From NCBI GenBank assembly GCA_016708925.1, contig JADJET010000003.1, positions 82,465 through 146,464 of the forward strand: a DNA stretch of 64,000 nucleotides, written 5' to 3'. Below are positions 7,522 to 17,847 of this stretch, one piece after another. The position numbers and the translations under genes are program-made. How positions within the stretch are numbered: position 1 is the stretch's first letter; each line of letters starts with the position of its first letter. The notes under the pieces were generated by a model, which saw only the letters and a list, made by a program, of their open reading frames with translations, had not been told where the DNA came from and searched no databases. Source of the DNA: Gammaproteobacteria bacterium (lineage in GTDB: Bacteria; Pseudomonadota; Gammaproteobacteria; Pseudomonadales; Porticoccaceae).

Positions 7522-10212
7522 TCACACCGTCAATGGGTCGGCCTTGTCGGGCGCGATGCCCAGTTTGGCCATCGCCGCGTTCACCACGCCGGCGTCGATG
7601 GCGCCGCTGCGCTGCAAACCGTGCAGGGCCGCGAGCGCAATATGGTTGCGGCCCACTTCGAAGAAATCGCGCAACCGTTCGCGGGTATCGCTGCGCCCGA
7701 AACCGTCGGTGCCCAGCACCTGGTAGTCGCCGGGAACAAATCCGCGCAGCTGTTCGCCGAGCGCCTTGACGTAATCGGTCGCCAGCACCACCGGGCCTTT
7801 GTGTCCTTTCAGCTGTTGCGTCAGATAAGGCACGTGCGGCTTTTTGTCGCTGTGGAGACGATTCCAGCGCAGCGCGGCCTGACCGTCGCGGGCCAGCTCG
7901 CCGACACTGGTGACGCTCCACACGTCCGCGCCGACGTCGAACTGCTCGCGCAAAATTCGCGCTGCGGCGCGCGCTTCGTTGAGCATCGCGCCCGCGCCCA
8001 GCAGCTGCACCCGATGCTTGGCGCGCGGCCCCGCTTCCAGCAAATAAATCCCGCGCACGATGCCGTCGGCGGCACCATCCGGCATGGCCGGGTGGGCGTA
8101 GTTCTCGTTCAGGGTGGTGATGTAGTAGAAGCAGTTTTCGCGGTCGGCAAACATGCGTTTGAGACCGTCCTGAACAATCACCGTGAGCTCGTAACCATAG
8201 GCCGGATCGTAGGCGCGACAATTGGGAATCACCCCGGCGAGCAGCTGGCTGTGGCCGTCCTGATGCTGCAAGCCCTCGCCGTTGAGGGTGGTGCGGCCCG
8301 AAGTGGCGCCGATCAGAAAACCGCGCGCCTGGGCATCGCCGGCGGCCCAGGCCAGATCGCCGATGCGCTGGAACCCGAACATCGAGTAGAAAATGTAAAA
8401 CGGGATCATCGGCAGATCGTAGCTGCTGTACGCGGTCGCCAAAGCGATCCAGGCCGCCATCGAACCCGCTTCGGTGATGCCCTCCTCCAGAATCTGGCCT
8501 TTCTTATCTTCCTTGTAGTAGAGAATCTGACCGGCGTCGTGGGGCACATAGCGCTGCCCGGCCGAGGAATAAATGCCGAGCTGACGGAACATGCCCTCCA
8601 TGCCGAAGGTACGTGCTTCGTCGGGCACGATGGGCACGATACGGGTGCCAATGGCCTTGTCCCGCACCAGTTGCTGAAGCATGCGCACGAACGCCATGGT
8701 GGTGGATATCTCGCGCTCGCCGGTACTTTCCAGCAACCGGTTGAACGTTTCCAGCGCGGGAATTTCCAGCGGCTGGAATTCACCGTGACGGGCCGGCAGG
8801 TAGCCACCCAGTTCCTCGCGGCGCCGGCGCATGTACGCCAGTTCGGGACTGTCTTCCGGCGGCCGGTAGTAGGGCGTGTCTTCGATGTGTTCATCCGGAA
8901 TCGGCAGGCCGAAGCGGTCGCGAAACTTCTTCAGATCGTCGAGCTGGATTTTCTTGACCGAGTGAGTGTCGTTGGACGCCTCGCCGGAGCTGCCCAGGCC
9001 ATAGCCTTTGACGGTCATGGCCAGAATGACGGTGGGCTTACCGCGCGTTTCGACGGCCTCGGCGTAGGCGGCATACACCTTGTAGGGATCGTGGCCGCCG
9101 CGATTGAGATACATGATGTCGTCGTCGCTGAGATCCGCGACCAGCGCGGCCAGCTCCGGGTATTTGCCGAAAAAATGCTCGCGCGTGTAGGCGCCGCCGT
9201 TGAACTTGTAGTTCTGCAATTCACCGTCGCAGACTTCATCCATGCGTTTTTGCAGCAGTCCGGCGCTGTCGCGCTCCAGCAGCGGATCCCAGAGCCGACC
9301 CCAGACCACCTTGAGCACATGCCAGCCGGCGCCGCGGAACACACCTTCCAGCTCCTGAATGATCTTGCTGTTGCCACGCACCAGGCCGTCGAGGCGCTGG
9401 AGGTTGCAGTTGACCACGAACGTCAGGTTTTCGAGCTGCTCGCGCCCGGCGAGGGAAATCGCGCCCAGGGTTTCCGGCTCGTCGCATTCGCCATCGCCGA
9501 GGAATGCCCATACCCGGCGATCGCCGCGCGGCACCAGTTCGCGCGCCGACAGGTAGCGCATGATGTGGGCTTGGTAGATCGCCTGAATCGGGCCGAGGCC
9601 CATGGATACCGTGGGAAACTGCCAGTACTCCGGCATCAGCCAGGGATGCGGATAGGACGACAGACCCTTGCCGTCGACCTCGCGCCGGAAATGATCGAGC
9701 TGCTCTTCGGTTATGCGGCCTTCGAGAAACGAGCGCGCATAGATACCGGGCGAACTGTGGCCCTGATAGTAGATGAGATCCTCAAGCTGCCCCTCGCGAC
9801 GCGCACGAAAGAAATAATTGAAGCCGACGTCATAGAGCGTGGCGGCCGACGAAAACGTCGCGATGTGGCCACCCAGACCTTCGTATTTCTTGTTGGCGCG
9901 CATCACCATCGCCAGTGCATTCCAGCGGATCAGCGAGCGGATGCGGCGCTCCATGAACAGATCGCCAGGCATGCGTTTTTCGCGGCTGACCGGAATCGTG
10001 TTGCAAAACGGCGTGGTGACGCCACCCGACAGGGGAATGCCGTTGCGCGCCGCGCGATCAATCAGCTGGCGCAGCAGGAACGCCGCCCGCTCCGGCCCCT
10101 GAAAACGCAGCACGGCGTCGAGGGAGTCGAGCCAGTCGCCGGTTTCCGCAGGATCGGTATCCTCCGGGAGCATCGACACGTCCGGGACATCGGGTTGTTG
10201 CGGTTCATTCAT
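7522..10212 (-). CDS. aceE: pyruvate dehydrogenase E1 component, homodimeric type
   Basis: About 896 aa. N-terminal block DPAETGDWLDSLDAVLRFQGPERAAFLL and a long ThDP-enzyme body. ATG 10210-10212 preceded by AGGAAA; an alternative TTG lies at 10233. Immediately upstream of aceF. Confidence 0.93.
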   Translation of the reverse strand: MNEPQQPDVPDVSMLPEDTDPAETGDWLDSLDAVLRFQGPERAAFLLRQLIDRAARNGIPLSGGVTTPFCNTIPVSREKRMPGDLFMERRIRSLIRWNALAMVMRANKKYEGLGGHIATFSSAATLYDVGFNYFFRARREGQLEDLIYYQGHSSPGIYARSFLEGRITEEQLDHFRREVDGKGLSSYPHPWLMPEYWQFPTVSMGLGPIQAIYQAHIMRYLSARELVPRGDRRVWAFLGDGECDEPETLGAISLAGREQLENLTFVVNCNLQRLDGLVRGNSKIIQELEGVFRGAGWHVLKVVWGRLWDPLLERDSAGLLQKRMDEVCDGELQNYKFNGGAYTREHFFGKYPELAALVADLSDDDIMYLNRGGHDPYKVYAAYAEAVETRGKPTVILAMTVKGYGLGSSGEASNDTHSVKKIQLDDLKKFRDRFGLPIPDEHIEDTPYYRPPEDSPELAYMRRRREELGGYLPARHGEFQPLEIPALETFNRLLESTGEREISTTMAFVRMLQQLVRDKAIGTRIVPIVPDEARTFGMEGMFRQLGIYSSAGQRYVPHDAGQILYYKEDKKGQILEEGITEAGSMAAWIALATAYSSYDLPMIPFYIFYSMFGFQRIGDLAWAAGDAQARGFLIGATSGRTTLNGEGLQHQDGHSQLLAGVIPNCRAYDPAYGYELTVIVQDGLKRMFADRENCFYYITTLNENYAHPAMPDGAADGIVRGIYLLEAGPRAKHRVQLLGAGAMLNEARAAARILREQFDVGADVWSVTSVGELARDGQAALRWNRLHSDKKPHVPYLTQQLKGHKGPVVLATDYVKALGEQLRGFVPGDYQVLGTDGFGRSDTRERLRDFFEVGRNHIALAALHGLQRSGAIDAGVVNAAMAKLGIAPDKADPLTV

Positions 10213-10343
10213 AGGATTTCCTGCTGTACCCAAGGTATCGGTCCTGACTTTTGCACACTAGGTTAAATAAGTTCGTCGTTCAATGGACACCCGCGAGAAA
10301 CCCCGTTGCCCGCTCGGTCCGGTCATCACAGGGACAGCTTCCG

Positions 10344-13223
10344 TCACCAGGGATAACCATAGCGACCGTCGCTGGCCCGGTTCAGATTCTGCACGGCATC
10401 CGCCGCCGCACGGTCGCCGGTTGCGATCCAGAGCCCCCGGCGCGGCTGCGGGCCAAACACCCGCCCGCATTCGCTCTTGAGATCGACCAGCGTTTCGGCG
10501 CGCACCGCTTCGGCAAGGCGCGGGCGGAAGTCGAAGTTGCGATAATCGAGCGCCAGGCTCTCGTTGTGGCGCGCGGCCTGTTCAAGCATGTTCTTCGGTC
10601 GCTCCTCGATGCCGGCCAAGGTGGCCTGCTTGAAGCGCTCGAGCTCCGCGTCGTCCATGGTGTCCAGCACCTGGCAGCGCGCCGCCAGGAACTGTTCCAT
10701 CTCGGCCATCAGACGGGGCGCGTCGGCGCGCGGCGACTGCGCATAGAACAGCATCCCGGGCACCCGATTGGACGGCATGAGCTGACTGCCGACCACATAG
10801 CCCAGTTGCTTCTCGGTGCGGATTTCCGTGTAAAAAGGTTCTTCGGTGATTTTCTGCAATAGTGCAAAGCGGGCGCGTTCGGCGAGGGTATCGGAAGCAC
10901 CTTGCAGATAGAGCAACGCGGCGCGATCCGGCTGCTCCGTCTCCACACCCCAGCGCGGCAACGTCGATTGCGGACGCAACCGGCGCACCTCATGATCGAG
11001 GCGGGGCGGACGCTCAGGCGCAATGGCAAGACGCGCCAATACCCGGCTCGCCATCCGCTGAGCGGTTTCCGCATCGACCATGCCGCCCGCATAGGCCTTG
11101 ACGCTGCCCGCGCCATAGAACCCGGCGATGAAATTTCGCAGTGTTTGCGGATCGACCGCCGCCAGTGCATGCGCCAACTCCAGCTCCCGAGGCGCATCGC
11201 GCAACAGCGGCGCGATTTCCGCGACGGCCAGTCGCACCGGCCACTCCTTGCGACTGTTGCGCCAGTTCCGGATCAGGGTTTCCTTCACGCGGGTGAAGCG
11301 CGCGGTGTCGAACTCTGGCTCCGCCAGCACACCCAGCAGGCGCTGCAACAGGATTTCCTGCTTGTCCGCATAGCCACTGACGCTGAGTTCGATACCGCCT
11401 TCCCAGCGCTTCAAACCGAAATCCAGTCCGGCCAGAAACGCGGGGTAGACTTCCGCGCTGAGCTGATCGCTGGCCAGCGCGAGATAGAGTTCTGTCATCG
11501 CGGCGCCCCGATGGCTCTCCGCGCGTGGGGCCAGAATCTGGGCGCTGAATACCGCGCGTGGGGTACCGAATTCCGCGTCACGATATTGCCAGAGGCGCAG
11601 CGCCGGGTGCTCGATCAGTAGCCGCGGCGGCTGCGACACACTGCCGCGCTCCGATACCGGAAAGTGTGCGGGAATATAGGGGTTGGAGCCCGGCAAGTGC
11701 AGCACGGTGGTTTCCGGTCCGGCATTCCAGGCAGCGGTTCGCTGTGGTGCGACCGGAGACACCGTATAGGGCGTCTGGTAATAGCGCGACGTGCGTTGGA
11801 GTTGATCGAATTCCGGCGCCATGACGGTAATAAGAGCGTTTTCCGGCCGCAGCTTCTCCGCCAGTGCCCGGATGAGATCGGCGTCAAAGCGTTCGTAGAG
11901 AAACGGACCGCGCAACACTTCCGCCGGCGGGTAGTCGCGCAGCGCCTCCGCGAGGGCAAGCGCCTGGTCGCTGGAGCGCGATTTTTCGAGAAACTGGAAT
12001 TCAGCATGCTGCATCACGCCGAATTCCGCGTACCGCCACGCCTCGATGCCGGACCCACGCACTTTGGCGATCCACGCCCACAGCTGATCCAGCACCTGGT
12101 CGCGCGCGGCGACGCCCGCCGGCGTCAGGGCAATGGAGATCGCAAACGCCGCGCCGCGCCGCGAATCGTAGCCGAGACCCGCGCTCAGGCTCTCCGCCAG
12201 ACCCTGGCGCTTCAGCTCGGCCAGCAGGCTGTGCTCGCTCTCGTCGCCCAGCAAATGCGCGAGAAACGTCGCCGGCTTCTCCTGCCAGTATTCACGCTGG
12301 GGCGGCAGCGGAAACAACAGCCCCAACTCGCGCTGGTCCTGATCGGGCCGCATTTCAATCAGCAGCGGTCCGGACTCCGGCAACAAGGGCTCGGCGTCCG
12401 TGGCAAGATCCGCCGGACGCCGGGGAATGGCGCCGAAGCGGGTTGCCACCATGGCTTGCAGCGCGTCGAGGGATTCACGCCCTACCACCGCCAGGGTCAT
12501 CAAATCCGCTGAATAGTGGCGCTGATAAAATGCGATCAGGTCGTCGCGCACCGGCCGGTTATCCAGATCCGCGAGGGTGTCGCGGTTACCCACCGAAAAT
12601 TTCGCGAGCGGGTGATCCGGGTTGATGACTTCGCTGATCACGTCGCTCTGGCGGCGGCCATCGTCGCGCAGCTTGAGGCGATACTCGGCCTCCACCGCCT
12701 GGCGCTCGCGTTCGACATAGTCGGGATCGAAGCGTGGCGCGATGAAAAACTGCGCGAAGCGATCCAGGGCGCCGTCCAGATGGGCCGGCTGGATGTCGAA
12801 GAAATAACTGGTTTGTTCCAGACTGGTATAGGCGTTGTGACTGCCGCCATGACTGCTGATGAATGCCTGATATTCCGCCGCCGCCGGATATTTTTCGGTG
12901 CCGAGAAACAGCATATGCTCCAGAAAATGCGCGAGACCCGCGCGGTCGGCCGGATTGTCGAAACTTCCCACGCCAACACTCAGCGCGGCCGCGCCCTTGT
13001 CGCTCTCGGCGTCCGACACCAGGAGCACGCTCAGACCGTTGTCGAGCTTCAGATAGCGGTAGTGGCGATCATCCGCCGGGCTGCGGTTTACCGCGATCGC
13101 ACCACCGTCAGCGACCGGCGCCGGCTGCCACCAGTCCAGTACGGGCGCAGCTGTGGCCAGCGACCACCACAACAACCCGGAAACCAAACACACTGCCCTG
13201 CCGGGCCGGAACACTGCAAACAT
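10344..13223 (-). CDS. M16 family zinc peptidase (pitrilysin/insulinase-like), secreted
   Basis: 959 aa from MFAVFRPGRAVCLVSGLLWWSLATA (signal peptide). Inverted zinc motif HFLEH. The ATG shares one base with the TGA of the upstream gene (TGATG at 13221-13225). Confidence 0.85.
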   Translation of the reverse strand: MFAVFRPGRAVCLVSGLLWWSLATAAPVLDWWQPAPVADGGAIAVNRSPADDRHYRYLKLDNGLSVLLVSDAESDKGAAALSVGVGSFDNPADRAGLAHFLEHMLFLGTEKYPAAAEYQAFISSHGGSHNAYTSLEQTSYFFDIQPAHLDGALDRFAQFFIAPRFDPDYVERERQAVEAEYRLKLRDDGRRQSDVISEVINPDHPLAKFSVGNRDTLADLDNRPVRDDLIAFYQRHYSADLMTLAVVGRESLDALQAMVATRFGAIPRRPADLATDAEPLLPESGPLLIEMRPDQDQRELGLLFPLPPQREYWQEKPATFLAHLLGDESEHSLLAELKRQGLAESLSAGLGYDSRRGAAFAISIALTPAGVAARDQVLDQLWAWIAKVRGSGIEAWRYAEFGVMQHAEFQFLEKSRSSDQALALAEALRDYPPAEVLRGPFLYERFDADLIRALAEKLRPENALITVMAPEFDQLQRTSRYYQTPYTVSPVAPQRTAAWNAGPETTVLHLPGSNPYIPAHFPVSERGSVSQPPRLLIEHPALRLWQYRDAEFGTPRAVFSAQILAPRAESHRGAAMTELYLALASDQLSAEVYPAFLAGLDFGLKRWEGGIELSVSGYADKQEILLQRLLGVLAEPEFDTARFTRVKETLIRNWRNSRKEWPVRLAVAEIAPLLRDAPRELELAHALAAVDPQTLRNFIAGFYGAGSVKAYAGGMVDAETAQRMASRVLARLAIAPERPPRLDHEVRRLRPQSTLPRWGVETEQPDRAALLYLQGASDTLAERARFALLQKITEEPFYTEIRTEKQLGYVVGSQLMPSNRVPGMLFYAQSPRADAPRLMAEMEQFLAARCQVLDTMDDAELERFKQATLAGIEERPKNMLEQAARHNESLALDYRNFDFRPRLAEAVRAETLVDLKSECGRVFGPQPRRGLWIATGDRAAADAVQNLNRASDGRYGYPW

Positions 13224-14350
13224 CAGAGAGTCTCCGCTGGCGTCGTCCCCGCAGCCGGATTGGCGAGGGGTACTTCGGAGCGATCCGACTCGCCCGGCGC
13301 GACTTCGTTCCGCGGCCAGGCGCCGTGCAGTGCCTTGATCAGGGTCGCGAGCGGAATCGCAAAGAACACGCCCCACAAACCCCAGAGCCCTCCGAACAGC
13401 AGTACCGCCAGAATGATCGCAACCGGGTGCAGGTTCACCGCATCGGAAAACAGGATCGGTACCAGCACATTGCCGTCGAGAAACTGGATCAGCCCGTAGG
13501 CCAGCGTCAGGATGAAAAAATCGCTGCCCCATCCCAGCTGCACATAGCCCACCAGAAATACCGGCACCGTCGCCACCGTCGCGCCGATGTAGGGCACGAT
13601 CACCGTCACACCCACCACCAATGCCAGCAGGGCCGCGTAATGGAGACCGAGCCACACGAAGACGATGTAGCTGACCACCGCGACAATCAGGATCTGGATG
13701 ACCTTGCCACGCACATAATTGGCCATCTGGACGTCCATTTCCTGCCACACCTGGCTCATCACGGGTCGATTGCGGGGCAGCAGACCCGTCAGCTGCACAA
13801 TAAGCTCCCGGCTGTCCTTGAGCATGAAAAACACCATCAACGGCACCAGCACCAGATACACCAGCAGGCCCACCAGATCCGAAAAACGACTCACGAAAAA
13901 CGACAGCATGGCCTCGGCAAAACCCGTGGCTTCACCGCTCACATACTGGATGACCTGCTCCAGCTGGGCGTGGGAAATCAGATGAGGATAACGCTCCGGG
14001 AGCAGCAATATCGCCGCATGTCCGTGGCGGATCATGGTCGGGAGCTCATTCACCAGATTGGTGGTCTGCTGTACCAGGATCGGAAACAGCACCACCGCGC
14101 TGGCGAACAGCAGTCCCATGAAACCCAGGAAGGCGAGCCACACCGCCAGAATGTGGGGAATGCGCAGACGCTCCAGGCGCGTCACGATGCCCTGCAACAG
14201 GAACGCCAGCACCAGCGCGGCCAGCAACGGGCCGATTACGTTCGAGAACCCGATAATCGCCACCAGAACCAGGGCAATCAGCAGCGCCAGCAACACCGCC
14301 TCTTCGTCGCCGAGATAACGGTGAACCCAATTGCCCAATACTTTCCACAT
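13223..14350 (-). CDS. AI-2E family transporter (PerM/YdiK, UPF0118)
   Basis: 375 aa from MWKVLGNWVHRYL (ATG 14348-14350). Multi-TM protein with the family-typical C-terminal block PVAIILAVLLFGGLWGLWGVFFAIPLA. Confidence 0.85.
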   Translation of the reverse strand: MWKVLGNWVHRYLGDEEAVLLALLIALVLVAIIGFSNVIGPLLAALVLAFLLQGIVTRLERLRIPHILAVWLAFLGFMGLLFASAVVLFPILVQQTTNLVNELPTMIRHGHAAILLLPERYPHLISHAQLEQVIQYVSGEATGFAEAMLSFFVSRFSDLVGLLVYLVLVPLMVFFMLKDSRELIVQLTGLLPRNRPVMSQVWQEMDVQMANYVRGKVIQILIVAVVSYIVFVWLGLHYAALLALVVGVTVIVPYIGATVATVPVFLVGYVQLGWGSDFFILTLAYGLIQFLDGNVLVPILFSDAVNLHPVAIILAVLLFGGLWGLWGVFFAIPLATLIKALHGAWPRNEVAPGESDRSEVPLANPAAGTTPAETL

Positions 14351-14515
14351 AGAACTACCTCTACTTTTTGGGCACGACCACCAACATGATTTGCGGGGAT
14401 GACGACCGACTCCCCTTGGGGGAATGCCGCGCATCCTGGACAATGAACCGATGCTACCATCGGCAGTCGAAATCACTCTTGCGCCGCTGCCACCGGCTCG
14501 CGCGGTCATCGAGGA

Positions 14516-15997
14516 ATGTGCACGTTGCGGACATCATCTTACTTTGCCCGAGGGCTTGCCGTCCCCTCCCTGATCCTCGCGCTGATCTTCCCAACCTTGG
14601 TCGCGGGCACGGAAATTCGGCTGCCGGAGCTCGGCGACAGCAGCTCCGGTCTGGTCAGCCTGAAGCAGGAACAGGATCTGGGACGCGCCTGGTTGATGGC
14701 GTTTCGCCGCCAGGTGCGCACCTACGACGATCCGCTGGTGCAGGACTATCTGGAACGGCTGCTATCCGGCCTCGCGAGCAGCAGTGAACTGCTTGACCGG
14801 AACCTGCAACTGGTGCTGGTGCGCAACACTTCCATCAATGCCTTCGCGGTACCGGGCGGCGTCGTGGGCGTGCATACCGGGCTTTTACTGCAAGCCCGCA
14901 CCGAACATCAATGCGCTTCGGTGCTCACGCACGAGCTCGCGCACCTTAGCCAGCGCCATTTCGCCCGTAGAATCGAGAGCCAGCGCCAGTCGACTACCGT
15001 GGGGCTGACGGGGCTGCTCGCCGGCCTGGTGCTCGCCGCCACCGGCGGCGCGCAAGCGGGGATGGCGGTGATGGCAACGACCCAGGCCGCCATGATCGAC
15101 CAGTCCCTCATTTTCAGCAGGCAACACGAACAGGAAGCGGACCGCGTCGGCATCGACACGCTCTACCGCGCCGGCATGGACCCGGCCGGAGCGGCGGAGA
15201 TGTTCGAGCAGATGCTGGCCGCGACCCGTTACACCGGACAGCGCCCGCCCGAATTCATGCTGACCCACCCATTGACCGAATCCCGGGTATCGGATATCCG
15301 GGCGCGCATCGCAAAATATTCGATACGCCAGTATCCGGACAATCTGGAATACCACCTGATGCGCGCCCGCATTCAGGCCACGTCGGCGGAGCGCCCCGAG
15401 CTGGCTGCCGCGCACTTCCGCGACGAGCTCTCCGGCAACTCGCTGTCCCGTATCGCGGCCCACTACGGCCTGGCGCTGGCGCAGAGCGCCATGGGCGATC
15501 ACGGCGGCGCGCGCGAACAGATCCACCAGCTGCTGGCCGACGACCCCGAGCGTCTGACCTACCGGCTGACAGCCATTGCCATTGAACGTGCCGCCGGTGC
15601 CACTGGCGTCGCCATCGCACAGGCGCAGCTACTGGCCGCCAAAGTGCCGGACCATTACCCCGTACGCATGGAGCTGGCGCAAAGTCTGCGCAGCGCCAAC
15701 CGGGTCGGCGAAGCCGAAGCCGTGCTGGCAAAACTTTCACGCGACCGTCCCAACGACCCCCAGGTGTGGTTCGAGCTGGCCGAAGTGAGCGGCCTGGCGG
15801 GGAATATCCCCAGCGTGCACATGGCACGCGCCGAGTATTTCATACTCAACGGCATATTCGACAAGACACGCGATCACTTGCGCTATGCGCGCAAGCTACA
15901 GGAGCGGAATTTCCGGCAGGTCGCTCTTATCGATCAGCGCCTGCAGGATCTGGAACATCTCGAAAAACAGCTTGGCGGTCCCGGCCGGCCCAGATAG
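14516..15997 (+). CDS. bepA: M48 family metalloprotease with TPR domain (BepA/YfgC-like)
   Basis: 493 aa. Signal peptide, HELAH zinc motif (THELAHLSQRH) and a C-terminal TPR-like helical region. The start could instead be TTG at 14525. Confidence 0.8.
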   Translation: MCTLRTSSYFARGLAVPSLILALIFPTLVAGTEIRLPELGDSSSGLVSLKQEQDLGRAWLMAFRRQVRTYDDPLVQDYLERLLSGLASSSELLDRNLQLVLVRNTSINAFAVPGGVVGVHTGLLLQARTEHQCASVLTHELAHLSQRHFARRIESQRQSTTVGLTGLLAGLVLAATGGAQAGMAVMATTQAAMIDQSLIFSRQHEQEADRVGIDTLYRAGMDPAGAAEMFEQMLAATRYTGQRPPEFMLTHPLTESRVSDIRARIAKYSIRQYPDNLEYHLMRARIQATSAERPELAAAHFRDELSGNSLSRIAAHYGLALAQSAMGDHGGAREQIHQLLADDPERLTYRLTAIAIERAAGATGVAIAQAQLLAAKVPDHYPVRMELAQSLRSANRVGEAEAVLAKLSRDRPNDPQVWFELAEVSGLAGNIPSVHMARAEYFILNGIFDKTRDHLRYARKLQERNFRQVALIDQRLQDLEHLEKQLGGPGRPR

Positions 15998-16021
15998 GAC
16001 CGCCCTTGGGCACGACAGCGG

Positions 16022-16258
16022 TCACCCCTTGTGGCTGCCGTCGCAGAGCGGCGCGTTGCGCGTCACCTTGCAGCCGCAGAAATACACCGTTTTCGCAGCC
16101 GGCGCCTCGTACTTCACCGGGTTGATGCCGGTTCCGGCATGGGCACCATCGCAAAATGGCTGTTTCGCGCTGCGCCCGCAGGCGCACCAGTAATAACCTT
16201 TACCTTCCTCAACAGCCACCGCGAAGGGTGTATCGGAAGCGCGGACTGGATCGGTCAT
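16022..16258 (-). CDS. CDGSH iron-sulfur domain protein
   Basis: 78 aa with two CDGSH-type motifs (CACGRSAKQPFCDGAH and CGCKVTRNAPLCDGSH). Confidence 0.85.
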   Translation of the reverse strand: MTDPVRASDTPFAVAVEEGKGYYWCACGRSAKQPFCDGAHAGTGINPVKYEAPAAKTVYFCGCKVTRNAPLCDGSHKG

Positions 16259-16302
16259 GGCAGTTCCCTCTCGGTTTCAACGGATGAAACCCGGCCGCTC
16301 CA

Positions 16303-17175
16303 TCAATAAGCAGCAGCACGGGCGATGATACGTTTGGCCTGCGTGTAGTGTGGCTTGTCGAGCATGATGCCGTCGAGGCCCACCACGCCGACATCGGGGC
16401 TCGCGTCGAAAGCCTCGACCACCCGCCGCGACCATTCCAGCTCTTTCTCGCCCACCGAAAACACCCGATTGATGGTGTCCACCTGATTGGGGTGAATCGC
16501 CATCATGGAGGTAAAGCCCGCCCGGCGCGCGCCCAGGGCTGCGGCTTCGAGACCGGCATCGTCCTTGTAGTCGGTAAACACGGTGTTGCAGGGTTCGATG
16601 CCGGCGGAAGCCGCCGCCGCGAGACAGAGCGCGCGCACGGTCCGGAACAGATCGTCCCAGGAACCGTCGGGCAGCAGATGGGTTTCGGCGCCGACATCGG
16701 CCGACAGATCGAACTCGCCCCAGCTCACATAGGCGAGGCGCGGACTGGCGCCGGTGAGACCCGCCAGATTGAGTACGCCCTGCCCGGTCTCGGTGCCGAT
16801 CACCAGCATCCGGATGTGCCCGCGCGGCACGCCCTCGCGCACTTCCAGCGCGCTCAGGTAATGGTCGAGCCGGATCACGTCCTCACGCGTGCGGTATTTG
16901 GGCAGCAGCACAAAATCGGGCGCGCCGCCCACCACGGCGGCCAGGTCGTCGAGGGTCATGGTGCCGTCGAGGGGATTGATGCGCACCAGCAACTTCTTGC
17001 GGCGGCTGCCCAGGGGGCGCGCATCGAGATAGGCCCGCGCCAGCCGGCGCGCCTCCTCCTTGCGCGACGGGGCCACCGAATCCTCGAGGTCGAGGATCAG
17101 GCCATCGGCGTTGGTGCCCTCGCCCTTGGCGATCTTCTTCTCGCTGTCGGCGGGCAGAAACAGCATGGAACGCAT
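16303..17175 (-). CDS. HpcH/HpaI aldolase / citrate lyase beta (CitE)-like acyl-CoA lyase
   Basis: 290 aa. RSMLFLPADS, ILDLEDSVAP, WGEFDLSADVG and AIHPNQVD blocks typical of CitE / malyl-CoA / citramalyl-CoA lyases. Confidence 0.8.
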   Translation of the reverse strand: MRSMLFLPADSEKKIAKGEGTNADGLILDLEDSVAPSRKEEARRLARAYLDARPLGSRRKKLLVRINPLDGTMTLDDLAAVVGGAPDFVLLPKYRTREDVIRLDHYLSALEVREGVPRGHIRMLVIGTETGQGVLNLAGLTGASPRLAYVSWGEFDLSADVGAETHLLPDGSWDDLFRTVRALCLAAAASAGIEPCNTVFTDYKDDAGLEAAALGARRAGFTSMMAIHPNQVDTINRVFSVGEKELEWSRRVVEAFDASPDVGVVGLDGIMLDKPHYTQAKRIIARAAAY

Positions 17176-17191
17176 GGTCGGCTCTCCGGAG

Positions 17192-17644
17192 TCAGGCGGA
17201 TTTCGTTTTCATCAGCGCGGTGCGTTTGCAGGTCGCGACCAGTTCGTCGTGCTGATTGAAGCCCTCGTGGAGAAAATTGACGATGCCCGAATCGGTGCGC
17301 TTCTGGCTGACACGTTTGGACAGAATCGTGGTACGGGCGTGGATGGTGTCACCGTGGAACACCGGACGCGGAAACGCCACGTCGGTCATCCCCAGATTGC
17401 CGAGCGTGGTGCCCAGAGTCAGCTCGGTGACCTGTACCCCCACCACCAGTGCCAGCGTGAACATGCTGTTGACGATCCGTTGGCCATGGATGCTGTTCTT
17501 GGAGAATTCGGCATCGAGGTGCAGCGGCTGAGTGTTCATGGTCAGGCAGCTGAACAGCGTGTTGTCATACTCGGAGACGGTGCGTCGCACCTCGTGGTCG
17601 AACACCTGCCCTTCGACGAAATCTTCAAAATGCAAACCGGCCAT
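17192..17644 (-). CDS. MaoC-like (R)-specific enoyl-CoA hydratase/dehydratase
   Basis: 150 aa hot-dog fold. Blocks NTQPLHLD..F.....HGQRIVNSMF and FPRPVFHGDTI. Lies 16 nt upstream of the CitE-like gene. Confidence 0.8.
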   Translation of the reverse strand: MAGLHFEDFVEGQVFDHEVRRTVSEYDNTLFSCLTMNTQPLHLDAEFSKNSIHGQRIVNSMFTLALVVGVQVTELTLGTTLGNLGMTDVAFPRPVFHGDTIHARTTILSKRVSQKRTDSGIVNFLHEGFNQHDELVATCKRTALMKTKSA

Positions 17645-17847
17645 CGCGCCATCCTCCGTAGTGTTGTGTCGGTGAGTCGTGCTTTATCCGTGAAGTTATA
17701 CAGCGTCCGCAAAATGCGAGCGCCCGGATTGTAGCACTTCATTTCCGACCCGCATCCGGCCGCACTGCTCCTGGCGGCGCGGCTCCTGGCAACGATTGTG
17801 CCCGACGCCGCCCCGGGTACAATCGTTGCCATCAAAGAGGAGTTGCC

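Noticed and set aside
6047-8221. A 724-aa ORF suggesting a fused or extended E2 protein overlapping aceE.
   Set aside because: Homology to dihydrolipoamide acetyltransferase starts only at VTIETVRVPDLGG, where a GTG (7460-7462) has an AAGGAAG RBS. The upstream 250 codons are Arg-rich nonsense overlapping the aceE 3' end.
7291-10266. A 991-aa ORF on the plus strand. Similar very long ORFs include 319-1998(+), 1748-2944(+), 2931-4364(+), 17542-19233(-), 17796-19634(+) and 62833-63906(+).
   Set aside because: All lie antisense to, or out of frame with, genes that have unambiguous homology (aceE, the CoA-transferases, nadA/nitroreductase, lptG). Their translations are Arg/Ala/Gly/Pro-rich low-complexity strings, typical of stop-codon-poor alternative frames in high-GC DNA.
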